A stretch of 64,000 nt of DNA, taken from NCBI GenBank assembly GCA_019057385.1, contig JAHQJS010000007.1, forward strand, positions 32,001-96,000. The letters run 5' to 3'. The notes below the pieces were generated by a model, which had not been told where the DNA came from, did no database searches, and worked only from the letters and a program-made list of their open reading frames with translations. Origin of the DNA: Candidatus Borrarchaeum weybense (lineage in GTDB: Archaea; Asgardarchaeota; Sifarchaeia; Borrarchaeales; Borrarchaeaceae). Of this stretch, positions 10,701-19,049 are shown piece after piece. A program made the position numbers and the translations under genes. Within the stretch, counting starts at the first letter, position 1. Each line of letters starts with the position of its first letter.

Positions 10701-11921
10701 ACCAATTTGATGAATTGCTAGTGCGTGGACTATGTTCCCTCTTTTTTGGATAAAGGCATAATTTCCGCTTATCCAGACGTTTTCAAAAACAGGGACAATT
10801 CTTTTGAGTCTTACAGTAGCACTAGGTTCATTTTTATTGCTTAATTCTTTTACTAGAGTCCAAATCGCAAGTAATATCACTGCTATTACCAGAAACGCTA
10901 AATAATTCTGGAATTGCATAGCCATAGCTGCCAGTAAGAATGGTGTGACATTAAGATCGCCTTCTGTCATGTCATAATAATACAAATCATTAGTTCGTGC
11001 AATAGTTCCGTATCTATTTCTGAGTTGCTTAGGTAAGAAAAACGCCCTAACAGATTGTATTTCGACTTTATTGTATTCTAATTCTGTCTCAATATCTTTC
11101 TTTTTTGCAGTAAGTGCCGTGATTTCAGATTGTGATTCAAAGTCTACAAGAGCTCCGAATAAATGACTTATCAGTGCTTTATCGATAAGCTGCCGTATTT
11201 CGCAACCTGGAAACTCTGTGATGAATGCATCATAAACTAGTAGAAAATCTTCCAACAATTCAGCAATCAAGACATTTGCAGCGGCAGGAAATGTAGAGGT
11301 GATTGGCCTTTCTTTTATTACTCGAATGTAGGCATGATCTAGATCAGTTACATATGAAATTGAGAATGTTTTTCCAACCATATGATCAAGTAAGGCGGTT
11401 ATGTTATCTTGCGTATGACTTTGTATATGTGTGAATCTTTCGATTTTAAATGCCATAATACCGCATATCCATTCTGGAAGAGAATTAGGGTTTTTAGTGA
11501 CGAGCATAACAGTCTCTTCCTTTCCCTTTAAGTCTAGAAAAACTTCAAAGAACTCTAATTCATTGAAAGTGTCGATAATGAAGAGACTCTCATCATTCAT
11601 CAAGTCGGGAATTTGTAGTTGAATATTTCCATTCCCCACTCTATTCTTTTCTTTGTGATTGACTGATTGGAGGATATTTGTGGATTCGATATTATAGGAT
11701 GGAATCTTAGTTGTTCGATTTGCTCGTTCATTTTTTATTTGGTTTCTTGCCCTTTTTCTGATGCCAAGAAATGCGATACAGAATAATTCAATGACAGCAA
11801 CCAGGAGGAAAATACTAAATGAACTTAATAAGAAGAAGAAAAGAACCGGAGCTGCCATCATTATGCCTGTGATGAGTATAACTTCGATTTTTTTTCCCCT
11901 TAAGTCGTTGATCATCTTCAT
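7668..11921 (-). CDS. Membrane-anchored HerA/FtsK/VirB4-like protein with degenerate Walker motifs, plus wHTH and HEPN-like C-terminal domains
   Basis: Two TM pairs. IFLG..., NIGVYGVDRITT at the Walker A position, VILIDP, LGTDFCFNPL, PPTLIELL, TVIDLSD, VLIIENSDMIFP at the Walker B position. wHTH wing ISISPKG. HEPN-like DARNLLRQA...FCYDAIKIALLRLL. Confidence 0.75.
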   Translation of the reverse strand: MKMINDLRGKKIEVILITGIMMAAPVLFFFLLSSFSIFLLVAVIELFCIAFLGIRKRARNQIKNERANRTTKIPSYNIESTNILQSVNHKEKNRVGNGNIQLQIPDLMNDESLFIIDTFNELEFFEVFLDLKGKEETVMLVTKNPNSLPEWICGIMAFKIERFTHIQSHTQDNITALLDHMVGKTFSISYVTDLDHAYIRVIKERPITSTFPAAANVLIAELLEDFLLVYDAFITEFPGCEIRQLIDKALISHLFGALVDFESQSEITALTAKKKDIETELEYNKVEIQSVRAFFLPKQLRNRYGTIARTNDLYYYDMTEGDLNVTPFLLAAMAMQFQNYLAFLVIAVILLAIWTLVKELSNKNEPSATVRLKRIVPVFENVWISGNYAFIQKRGNIVHALAIHQIGEGIPRTVSSSSYSQESPITKTDGLQKLFRTLSINRSNLRSFVHAKGRIANTNVELVDEEILDGRRMHYNPEPYFAITPYFVVTQPFVYDGQEKLNDILAKFDEVNQQLKVSIKNAFPTLKFIPSNPTKISLSFEYLLSQLYSSYSIETVKLDQSQKDSEIKVGVFKRPLEADSCYFSKRQSQGFFEVVSGVAKRYQPAQFAIPAKTENTIFLGYAVDTTSDTVTTREVGFDIQHLKTNIGVYGVDRITTIRRIIHELCKRQHNVILIDPQYSERAKRNEPNYFDLPAHSLKLGTDFCFNPLDRMGGNIGDFIDGFLTILQKIYGKGDLSRWQFVTKKLKELYESKMNNGENDPPTLIELLENLEFSEDEEFIEFGTPALEELKDVLERILSDRKRIAAIGSTTSHPFHMLFNTEGLTVIDLSDFSDRNFLSFLLQLLIHSIHTYRRYNPSASQNTVLIIENSDMIFPEASYLVSYRYRSRVEKFFALESLRNTSLIVSMESPSETPYLFNLPRTKIIGRVTTATDIQLVSDTLGLKERGIDSRSPNPLQETYLRTMKSNHAILFLQKKGEAAQYVPLKVEDVQTYTSSTERDDDQKTKSVPMSPIWNNGKLKQTVLEKDFDSEIDLYYNILHTLRDMGDRGVMYSALSEMLHDTTDEKQLAKATINLIKQRYVFRKEYTPRDSFKPLTTISISPKGLQAIEEYEMKKTLKIQQSIDANESFTGNNNISDKNIEIEKPVLPNTPLIDDQPGIEGYLKSIEEKASPNDARNLLRQAHELRNNYPQAATSSIVFCYDAIKIALLRLLEIDTDAKIELDQIVRALITCEIVLPIDYSGLQNVIQKHKLAIVKGIMLEQADIDSIIGDTELIIAELEKFKLKVRDRIRVIKQLLNNSSEESFEEQEIKNIKREQIDSAENFIDNIFPSENVVEALPVNNISFHDDLKLNGLLKDIWDIIGREGGLKSVIKNQLILKSAHTYDNLGIERAINAMINRGLLRESDGFLQRCGFTENV

Positions 11922-11937
11922 TCACTTTTTCATATTT

Positions 11938-12948
11938 TCATAATATAAAGAACAGGATAATGAATCCAATTCCAATGAAGGAACAGATTAGCAATATTAA
12001 CAGTTTAAGTCCAGTTATAACTAACCTTTTCGCGGTAAAACGGTTTTTAGAAACAATCGGCTGTTCTTCAGCATTTTTAAGTGGAGAATACCATTGACGT
12101 CCATGCTTTAGCTTCCACAGATACACAGTATTAAGCCAAGCATTATCAGCAATTTGCTTACTTTTTCCAGAGACTTTTCTGAAGTTGAAATGTGCAATGA
12201 CTAACACAATGCTCAAGGTTATGAAAGCAATGCTTACAAGGAATCCAAAGGTACCAGGGCTAAAAGGTGTATAGGTGACTATGGCTGATGCAATTGAAGG
12301 ATAATTCCAGAGTTGCGTGCCAAACAGAATAACAAAGACTATTCCGCAAGCGCCAGCAAATCCTAATAGGAGGGAACCTATATGTCGCGTCAACAGGGCG
12401 TTATAGATTGAAATGAGATCTTCATCGTCAGGAAGCAAATGCCACGCTAAGCTACAGTGCACCCAAAAATATACAAGTTTAAATTGAGATAGACCAGTTG
12501 CATCAACTATAGTTGAAAAGAGGACGAAAGTTACTCCCATTAGTAAAATAATGAAAGGAAAGGGCATCAATACTACTGTTGTAGTACGCCTTAAATTAAG
12601 GAACATAGAAGATGCTTGTACGTCTTCTTTTGTTACGTTACTCTTTGATATTGTTTGTTTTTGATATGTTGCCGGAACTAAATAACCCGCAGCATATGAA
12701 TAATTAGGATGTGCACGATACACCATACGGAAATCTTGACTAACTAAATAACCACCTATAATATGGCCGGTGTAATGAGCGACATTTCCAATGAATGTAA
12801 GGATATCAAGGACCCGTTTACCGATACGTCCTAAAATTGGCACGATCCAGTATGCAACTCTGACTAGCCACCCAAAAGCCATAGCTATAATTGTCATTGC
12901 CATTAGAAACGGGATTTGCTCGCTCGGTATTAACATCGAATGTCTCAC
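11938..12948 (-). CDS. Polytopic membrane protein, M50/M50B metalloprotease-like with degenerate HExxH
   Basis: About 6-7 hydrophobic segments. AHYTGHIIGG at the HExxH position and HLLPDDED at the NLLPxxxD position. Confidence 0.6.
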   Translation of the reverse strand: MRHSMLIPSEQIPFLMAMTIIAMAFGWLVRVAYWIVPILGRIGKRVLDILTFIGNVAHYTGHIIGGYLVSQDFRMVYRAHPNYSYAAGYLVPATYQKQTISKSNVTKEDVQASSMFLNLRRTTTVVLMPFPFIILLMGVTFVLFSTIVDATGLSQFKLVYFWVHCSLAWHLLPDDEDLISIYNALLTRHIGSLLLGFAGACGIVFVILFGTQLWNYPSIASAIVTYTPFSPGTFGFLVSIAFITLSIVLVIAHFNFRKVSGKSKQIADNAWLNTVYLWKLKHGRQWYSPLKNAEEQPIVSKNRFTAKRLVITGLKLLILLICSFIGIGFIILFFIL

Positions 12949-12969
12949 AACTTTGTTCTTATAAACTAT

Positions 12970-13398
12970 TTAACGATGTTGAAATCTGTCTTTGTCCTCA
13001 ACATTACCTATCTGTTTTTTAAACGAGAGGATCAGTACTCCAATCAATATAGAGCACATCTCTTTACGACTGATTCTATATTTTTGCTTGAAGTGGGAAA
13101 TAAGTTCTATTAATGAAATTCGTAGTAATTCGAAGGTTTTATGAGTGAGAACATAAGGGTACAGGATGGAGTCCCATTCGATATTTCCGTAAACCAGTTT
13201 GCTACCCGTTGAATCAGACAACTCTTCTAAACTTTTTCTTTTTTCTTTTCCATCAAGATCAATTTTCATTTGGTCTAATATGTGTTGAAGGTCATATGGC
13301 GTCACAAGGCCAACTTTTTGAAGAATTGCTTGCAATGCCGAACGTATAGCCAGGTTAAAATCATCTAAACTCGCAACTTTCAAGTTTCTGGACTCCAT
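12970..13398 (-). CDS. Hypothetical protein, first gene of the minus-strand operon
   Basis: 142-aa ORF with ATG start, 21 bp upstream of the next gene; TATA-like TTTATAAA about 30-40 bp upstream. Confidence 0.65.
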   Translation of the reverse strand: MESRNLKVASLDDFNLAIRSALQAILQKVGLVTPYDLQHILDQMKIDLDGKEKRKSLEELSDSTGSKLVYGNIEWDSILYPYVLTHKTFELLRISLIELISHFKQKYRISRKEMCSILIGVLILSFKKQIGNVEDKDRFQHR

Positions 13399-13600
13399 AG
13401 TTCTCTATGGATATCTGGCACATCCTAATTTATAAAGAAGTCTAAATTAAAATATTTTTAAAAACAAAAAGAAACATAGACTTTCAAGTTGTTAAACAAT
13501 GCAAATAAGTTCTCTTTCCTTAAGAATCAATATAAAAAGAAATATCCTATGCTTAGAACTGAGAAAATAAATGAAAAAGACTAAAAAATAAATAAAGAAA

Positions 13601-14158
13601 TTAGATTTCCTTTAGGTTGATCATCTTTGAGAATTGACTTACTAAGTTGTTAAATTCCTCGTGGGCAAGTTCTAACGAATCGTCAAATTTTGTAGAAATA
13701 TCTGAGAACGATACAGTACCTGCAAGTGCTGGGCTCTCTGCCAATGTTTTATTAGCTGCCTCTGCATTCGCTTTCAATTGCTGCAATTCAAGTTCAGTCC
13801 TTCGGGAATTTAAAATCTGTGCGTATTTTAGTGCTATTCGTAAGAATACATAAGTCTCATCTATTATCGTTGGGACATACTCCCTTGAATCTCTAAGAGA
13901 TGCACCTTCTTTTTTTAGCAAACCTGCATCAAATAACTTTTTAGCATGCAAGGCAATTTGTGCACTATTTTTCTCGCCTAATTCCGTAGCTAGATCCTTC
14001 AAACGAGTGATATCCTCAGCTATTGTCGTTTTCAGAATATCGAGTCTTTTCTCGTTAGCTAGCACACTGAATAGGCTAGTCAAAATTCGAACATCATCAT
14101 CAGAAAAGTTTGATATGCTTATTCCTGTTGGTTGCGATTTCTTACCTTTTTTAGGCAT
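13601..14158 (-). CDS. ArsR-family wHTH transcriptional regulator with coiled-coil C-terminus
   Basis: LFSVLANEKRLDIL...LKDLATELG...IALHAKKLFDAGLL. Confidence 0.8.
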   Translation of the reverse strand: MPKKGKKSQPTGISISNFSDDDVRILTSLFSVLANEKRLDILKTTIAEDITRLKDLATELGEKNSAQIALHAKKLFDAGLLKKEGASLRDSREYVPTIIDETYVFLRIALKYAQILNSRRTELELQQLKANAEAANKTLAESPALAGTVSFSDISTKFDDSLELAHEEFNNLVSQFSKMINLKEI

Positions 14159-14732
14159 TTCTTACATCCTTCTTTACGTCTTTTCATCTTACATATAAAG
14201 ATATAGTAAAGAAACCCGTGAGAGTTTAAAAATTAAATATAGCTTCCGCATAATATAGAACCTGATGATATATTTAAGTTTTTCTAAAAACATAACCTAT
14301 CGCTTGCTCGATGTTCATAATTTCAGATATTATTAAACAACTATTCAAGATGATTTTTTGATACAAAAAAAATCTTTTCACTTCTTTTACTCCTAAAAAT
14401 AGCATACTCGGTTTGAATGGTTTTGTCGAAGTATTTGGTTTGAAAGATCTTTTGTTTTTTAAAAAATTTTAAAACAAAAAACTTTATAAAATAAAAGAAC
14501 TATAAAAAGACAGTTAGTCAGTTTAATCGGAAATCAATATACCCCGAAAATACAATCATCCTTAGGTGATTGGCGAAAGTAAACTGAATAACACAATTCA
14601 AAGAAAAAACAAAGTTATTGCAAAGGAAATAAACATAGAGCATAGATTTAGAGCACTTGAAATAAAGAATGACCTTGACAAAAATCTCGTAACATACCCC
14701 ATACTAAAAGTCGTTCTTTTGTTATCTAAGTC

Positions 14733-16091
14733 TTGCAAAAAGTTGTTGGAGGACATAAAATGGAAATTTTAACAACCACAGTTCCAGAAACATACTACAA
14801 AGAATGCTGTACAGAATGTGGCTCATCCTTAGTTAATTTTAGGAACATGGAACTTGTCTGTGAGCATTGTGGCATAGTTGCTGAAGACAGGCCATTTGAT
14901 TTCAATGAAACGAGAACTAATTACAAATGGAGACAGAAGGACAAAGATAAGAAACTTTCGTTTAATAAAAAGCCTGTATCAATTCAAAGTTACATGAAAT
15001 ACAGAATTTTACATAAGAAAATAAAAAGATCATATCAACGTGATGCACGAGAAAAACTCTTTACCAGCGAAATAGCGCGCATATGTGCACAATTAGAACT
15101 TCCGTCAGTAATTCTTCGAGATGCAGAACAATATAGCAAAAAAATACTACAAGAAATACCCCAGTATACACATCTTGATAGTATTATGGCTGCTGCAACT
15201 GCTCTAGTGTGGGGAGTCAGTTTCATCTATTCACCACGAACTCTTCAAGAAATAATGTCTGTTACTCACCCACTAGTCTCCCGAAGTAAGGTTCTTCAAG
15301 CAGCTAACCGAATTGTTTTTACACAACTTGTGAAGTCATCTCCCCGAATGCTGGAGAACAAACAGTTCATTAATCTTGTAAATTACTATCTCGAACACTT
15401 CGGCGCGGTTCTAGGCATTCCATTCAATGTCATTCTGACGGCAAAAGGGCTTTTCAAGCGTTTAGGGTATAAAAAATACATCATAAAGCCAGACGTACAA
15501 TCAGTTGCACTATTATTGTATGCATGGACCAAGGAGTCTACAACGGAGGAATTTATTTCTTTAAATAAATGCCCTAATTCTCAAAATCAGAACAAAGAAA
15601 AAAATAGGCGAGTTCTTCCCTTAGATGAAATTAAAGAAAATATTAGATCATTTTCTGGCTATGAAAAAGGATATGGTTTGCGTTGCCAGATACTTCAGCT
15701 CTTATATGATCAGGGTCGTCTCAGCGTTAAAACGATTGCCGATCAATTACAGAAATCTTATCACTCAGTTTATTACCATATCCAAAAACTTAAAGAGCTA
15801 GGTCTTCTGTCAGAAGAAAAAAGGAAGAACATGAAAGATCAGAAGAAACCAAGAATCGTCTTCACTATCAAAGCACAAAAACTCATCGAAAATGCGACTC
15901 AAATTGATTCTGAAACTAAACTAAGTGATAGAGAAGATGTTAAAGATACTCTATCAAAGCCAAACCTCTCTCAATTGAACTGGGAACGAATAACCAGAGA
16001 CTGCTATATATCAAAAACAAGTGCTAGAAAAGTAATCAGAGCAATCCAAAAGGATATTAAAAAGGAAATGAGCGCAATATTATTTAACTAA
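14733..16091 (+). CDS. Divergent TFIIB/TFB paralog with inserted winged-helix domain (probable start ATG 14760)
   Basis: Zn ribbon CTECG...VCEHCG; cyclin repeat EIARICAQLELP...PRTLQEI; second repeat; wHTH LRCQILQLL...SVKTIADQL...YHIQKLKELGLL; terminal HTH ERITRDCYISKTSARK. GGAGG precedes ATG 14760. Confidence 0.8.
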   Translation: MQKVVGGHKMEILTTTVPETYYKECCTECGSSLVNFRNMELVCEHCGIVAEDRPFDFNETRTNYKWRQKDKDKKLSFNKKPVSIQSYMKYRILHKKIKRSYQRDAREKLFTSEIARICAQLELPSVILRDAEQYSKKILQEIPQYTHLDSIMAAATALVWGVSFIYSPRTLQEIMSVTHPLVSRSKVLQAANRIVFTQLVKSSPRMLENKQFINLVNYYLEHFGAVLGIPFNVILTAKGLFKRLGYKKYIIKPDVQSVALLLYAWTKESTTEEFISLNKCPNSQNQNKEKNRRVLPLDEIKENIRSFSGYEKGYGLRCQILQLLYDQGRLSVKTIADQLQKSYHSVYYHIQKLKELGLLSEEKRKNMKDQKKPRIVFTIKAQKLIENATQIDSETKLSDREDVKDTLSKPNLSQLNWERITRDCYISKTSARKVIRAIQKDIKKEMSAILFN

Positions 16092-16125
16092 CTTTTGAGT
16101 AATCATCGCTGACCAGTAATGGTCA

Positions 16126-16563
16126 CTATCTCTGAAAAAAATGTAACCGTTTTTTCTTTGTAAAACGTGGTAGCGGATAATCCAATAGCAAGTGGCTAAG
16201 GTATCCAAGAATCATTGATGATAGGAGAACGGAAAGTATTTTTGTTGCTAAATCGGAAGTTATTATTGCACCAAGAAAAATCAAGAGGATCAGCAGACCT
16301 GAAATAGCTAAAATGAATTGACTATGAAAGAATCCTCGGTGATATTTCGAGGTAGCTGGTTCTAGGAAATCCGGGAAAATACTTGCAACCGTTGCAATAG
16401 CTATTTGCATAAAAACCAGTGTACCAAGACCTATAAATGACAAAATCATTAATTTAGAATTGCTGAACACCGCTTCATCGATTTTAATTAGATAAAGTGA
16501 GAGTATAACATTAAAACAACCAAATATGAATCCAAAAGATAAATGCAACTTACGACCTGGCAT
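16126..16563 (-). CDS. YdjM-family membrane-bound metal-dependent hydrolase
   Basis: N-terminal H, then PD, HRGFFHS and GYLSHLLLD signature motifs. Confidence 0.85.
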   Translation of the reverse strand: MPGRKLHLSFGFIFGCFNVILSLYLIKIDEAVFSNSKLMILSFIGLGTLVFMQIAIATVASIFPDFLEPATSKYHRGFFHSQFILAISGLLILLIFLGAIITSDLATKILSVLLSSMILGYLSHLLLDYPLPRFTKKKRLHFFQR

Positions 16564-16684
16564 ACTCTATCAAAGAGAATATTTTAAATTAAGTATAAAA
16601 TCCCACCAATTTTTAAATCAATTTTTAAAATAGAAAATGAAAAATCAAGCTTAAAAAAAGGCTCAAGAGATAAAAATTTCTGTT

Positions 16685-17227
16685 CTAATCAAAGAAGGAT
16701 TCCTTTTCAGCATCTTTCCGTTGTGAAAAATGAAGGTCTTCTATATTATCTTCAGATGGCGTGTCAATATCCTCTGGCTCTTCCTCTTGTATTTGTTTTT
16801 CCTTTGATCGTTTTAGCTTGCGCACAAATTCTCCTAATGATGGGTATTCATAGCACATACTTGCTTCAGATTTTAAATCAATCTTCTGTTTACGAGCAAA
16901 TCCTTCGATAGACTCTGAAAAGCCCATCTTGCCAACTAAAATGAATTTTAAATCGCTTTCAATGCCTTCTTTCTTTACAAGCTGTTGGAGACGTGCTACT
17001 TGGTAACCTTGATTAACCCCGATTATTCTTTTCCAATCTTTAAGAATCACTATCCCATAAGGCTTATCGTTAGAATCTTTTAAAAATAGAGCATTCTTAC
17101 ACATCATCTTCTTAATTGAAAGCTTATTATAATGTTGCCAATGTGAAATATCGAGTGCCACAAGCCCTTTCCTTTTGTAATATCGCTTAGTAAGCCATCT
17201 AAGGTTAAAAATCGTTTCTTGCGTAAT
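16685..17227 (-). CDS. Mrr-like restriction-endonuclease-fold protein with acidic tail; frame extends upstream of GTG 17161 to ATT 17227
   Basis: WLTKRYYKRKG in the extension, VILKDWKRIIGVNQ, FILVGKMGFSESIEGFARKQKIDL. Confidence 0.6.
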   Translation of the reverse strand: MTQETIFNLRWLTKRYYKRKGLVALDISHWQHYNKLSIKKMMCKNALFLKDSNDKPYGIVILKDWKRIIGVNQGYQVARLQQLVKKEGIESDLKFILVGKMGFSESIEGFARKQKIDLKSEASMCYEYPSLGEFVRKLKRSKEKQIQEEEPEDIDTPSEDNIEDLHFSQRKDAEKESFFD

Positions 17228-17669
17228 TTATCTCATGCCCCTGCCTTAAACTTAAAGTTTATGAAATAACACCTCAGATGTAACATCTTATAAACTTACC
17301 TATTTCCTTTTAAATCACTATTCGATTTATACGAGCGCGAAGGCGCGTCTCTTTATAAACTTTAAATAGGTTCTACTACATTAGACTTTATTTAAATACT
17401 TCTTATGTTAATTGCCTATCGTTCATAAGAATGCTATTCTAATGCGAATAGATGGTTTAAAGAGATTATTGCTATTTATCTTGTGTTTAGTATTGGCAGA
17501 AATTTTCGATATATTCTTCGTTTTATTAAACGCAATAGTCGTGGTATTAAACGAAATGTATGTTTGATTGATGATCAATGTTTTTCTTGAATTAAAGCGA
17601 AATTAAAGCTATTTTAGAAAACTTTATATTTTTGTAAAAGAAGAGTTATTTCTACATAGGGAATTAATA

Positions 17670-18062
17670 GTGCTGCCCTTAAATAAAGCTCTGCATAACT
17701 ATAAGAGCTCATCTAAAAACTATCATAACCACTATATATTCTATTTAATGGGAGGAGTATTCTTGGGTGCTTTTTGGGCGATCGAGCGAGAAGTAAGGCA
17801 ATGTCAACGCCTTATTAATCATCTTTTATGGCATACTGACAAAATACACACAAAGGATTCTCTGGCTCGATTTTTCCGATATCATGATGATGTAGAATTG
17901 CGATTAGATCGTCTTGTAGATCTGGATATCTTACAAAGAAGTGGATCCGGAGCATACATGGTATCAAAGAACCAACTGGTTCATGAAGCAATAAAACGTA
18001 TTAATGAAAGAGATAGGACAGCTCGAAATCTCGTTAACTCTGTACTATCTCATTTTTTTTGA
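17670..18062 (+). CDS. Hypothetical small wHTH-like protein (probable start TTG ~17763 after GGAGG)
   Basis: LDRLVDLDILQRSGSGAYMV resembles a wHTH recognition helix and wing. Confidence 0.55.
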   Translation: MLPLNKALHNYKSSSKNYHNHYIFYLMGGVFLGAFWAIEREVRQCQRLINHLLWHTDKIHTKDSLARFFRYHDDVELRLDRLVDLDILQRSGSGAYMVSKNQLVHEAIKRINERDRTARNLVNSVLSHFF

Positions 18063-18178
18063 AGCATGGATTTTCATAATTCAATAACATAATGAATTAT
18101 ATTCACCGCTACTCAAGATTTAGATGAGTATAGGTCTTCACTTCTTTTTAAGCAAATTTTATCTCAATATATTAAGGA

Positions 18179-18892
18179 TTGAGAAGTGGAATGGACCAAA
18201 AACCTATTCTTCCAACGGCAGCGCTACCTATCGATAGATTATTAGAGGGTGGTTTGCATACTGGTGAAGTTACAACGGTTTTCGGAGAAGCGGCAACTGG
18301 AAAATCAACACTGGCGTATCAGAGTCTTATTAATGTAGCGAAGATGGAACACTCTACCATTTATATTGATACAGAACATAAGTTTAATACTCGAAGAATA
18401 GCTCAAATTGATGATAAAACTGATGTTTCAGATTTTATTGCACTATTCCAACCAGAGACTTTCACTCAACAGATACAATATCTAAAAAATCTGAAGGCTC
18501 TATTAAATGAAAGACCGTTTAAACTTCTAATTATAGACACAATTTCTAATTTGTACCGCTTAGAATCATGTTCCATAGAGAAAAGCATAGCTCTAAGAAG
18601 ATTACTGGAACAACATCTGGCCCGAATATACTGTGAGACGCGCCGATATAGTTTATTTACTCTTATTCTCAGTCAAGTAAGAAGTTTTAAAGGCAAGACT
18701 ACCCCCATAGGAGAAGATTGTCTTTATGCATACTCTAGAAAATTAGTAGAATTAAGGAAAGGATTGATTAACAATAAACGATTTGCGATTCTAAGAAAAG
18801 GAAGAAGTAATATGATTGATGAGAGCTTACCATATGTTATAACAGAAAAAGGATTTAGTTCAATAAATGAAATAAGGCTTTTGTCTTTTTAA
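18179..18892 (+). CDS. radB: RadB-like RecA-superfamily ATPase
   Basis: IDRLLEGGL, GEAATGKS Walker A, YIDTE, LLIIDTIS Walker B; no N-terminal HhH; KGR where RadB usually has KHR. Confidence 0.75.
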   Translation: MRSGMDQKPILPTAALPIDRLLEGGLHTGEVTTVFGEAATGKSTLAYQSLINVAKMEHSTIYIDTEHKFNTRRIAQIDDKTDVSDFIALFQPETFTQQIQYLKNLKALLNERPFKLLIIDTISNLYRLESCSIEKSIALRRLLEQHLARIYCETRRYSLFTLILSQVRSFKGKTTPIGEDCLYAYSRKLVELRKGLINNKRFAILRKGRSNMIDESLPYVITEKGFSSINEIRLLSF

Positions 18893-19049
18893 TATTATGA
18901 GTAAGGTGATCAGTGCAATATAGATTGTTTTATTCATCTATTGACAAGTCTCTCAGGATATATTGACTCAATCTTTGAAAAACCTCTAATTTTAAAAGTA
19001 GAAAAAGTAAGATATACTCTAAATCAGTTTCGCTTATAGGAGGATTCTT

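Noticed and set aside
14566-14772. 68-aa ORF upstream of the TFB paralog
   Set aside because: AT-rich, no motif, overlaps the TFB start; cannot be supported.
17331-17352. GC-rich mini hairpin GCGC-GAAG-GCGC in an AT-rich spacer
   Set aside because: Too short, single copy, and no context to assign a function.
3997-18892. Interpretation as a provirus or intact integrative element
   Set aside because: I found no integrase, capsid, relaxase, replication gene, tRNA target or att repeats in the window.
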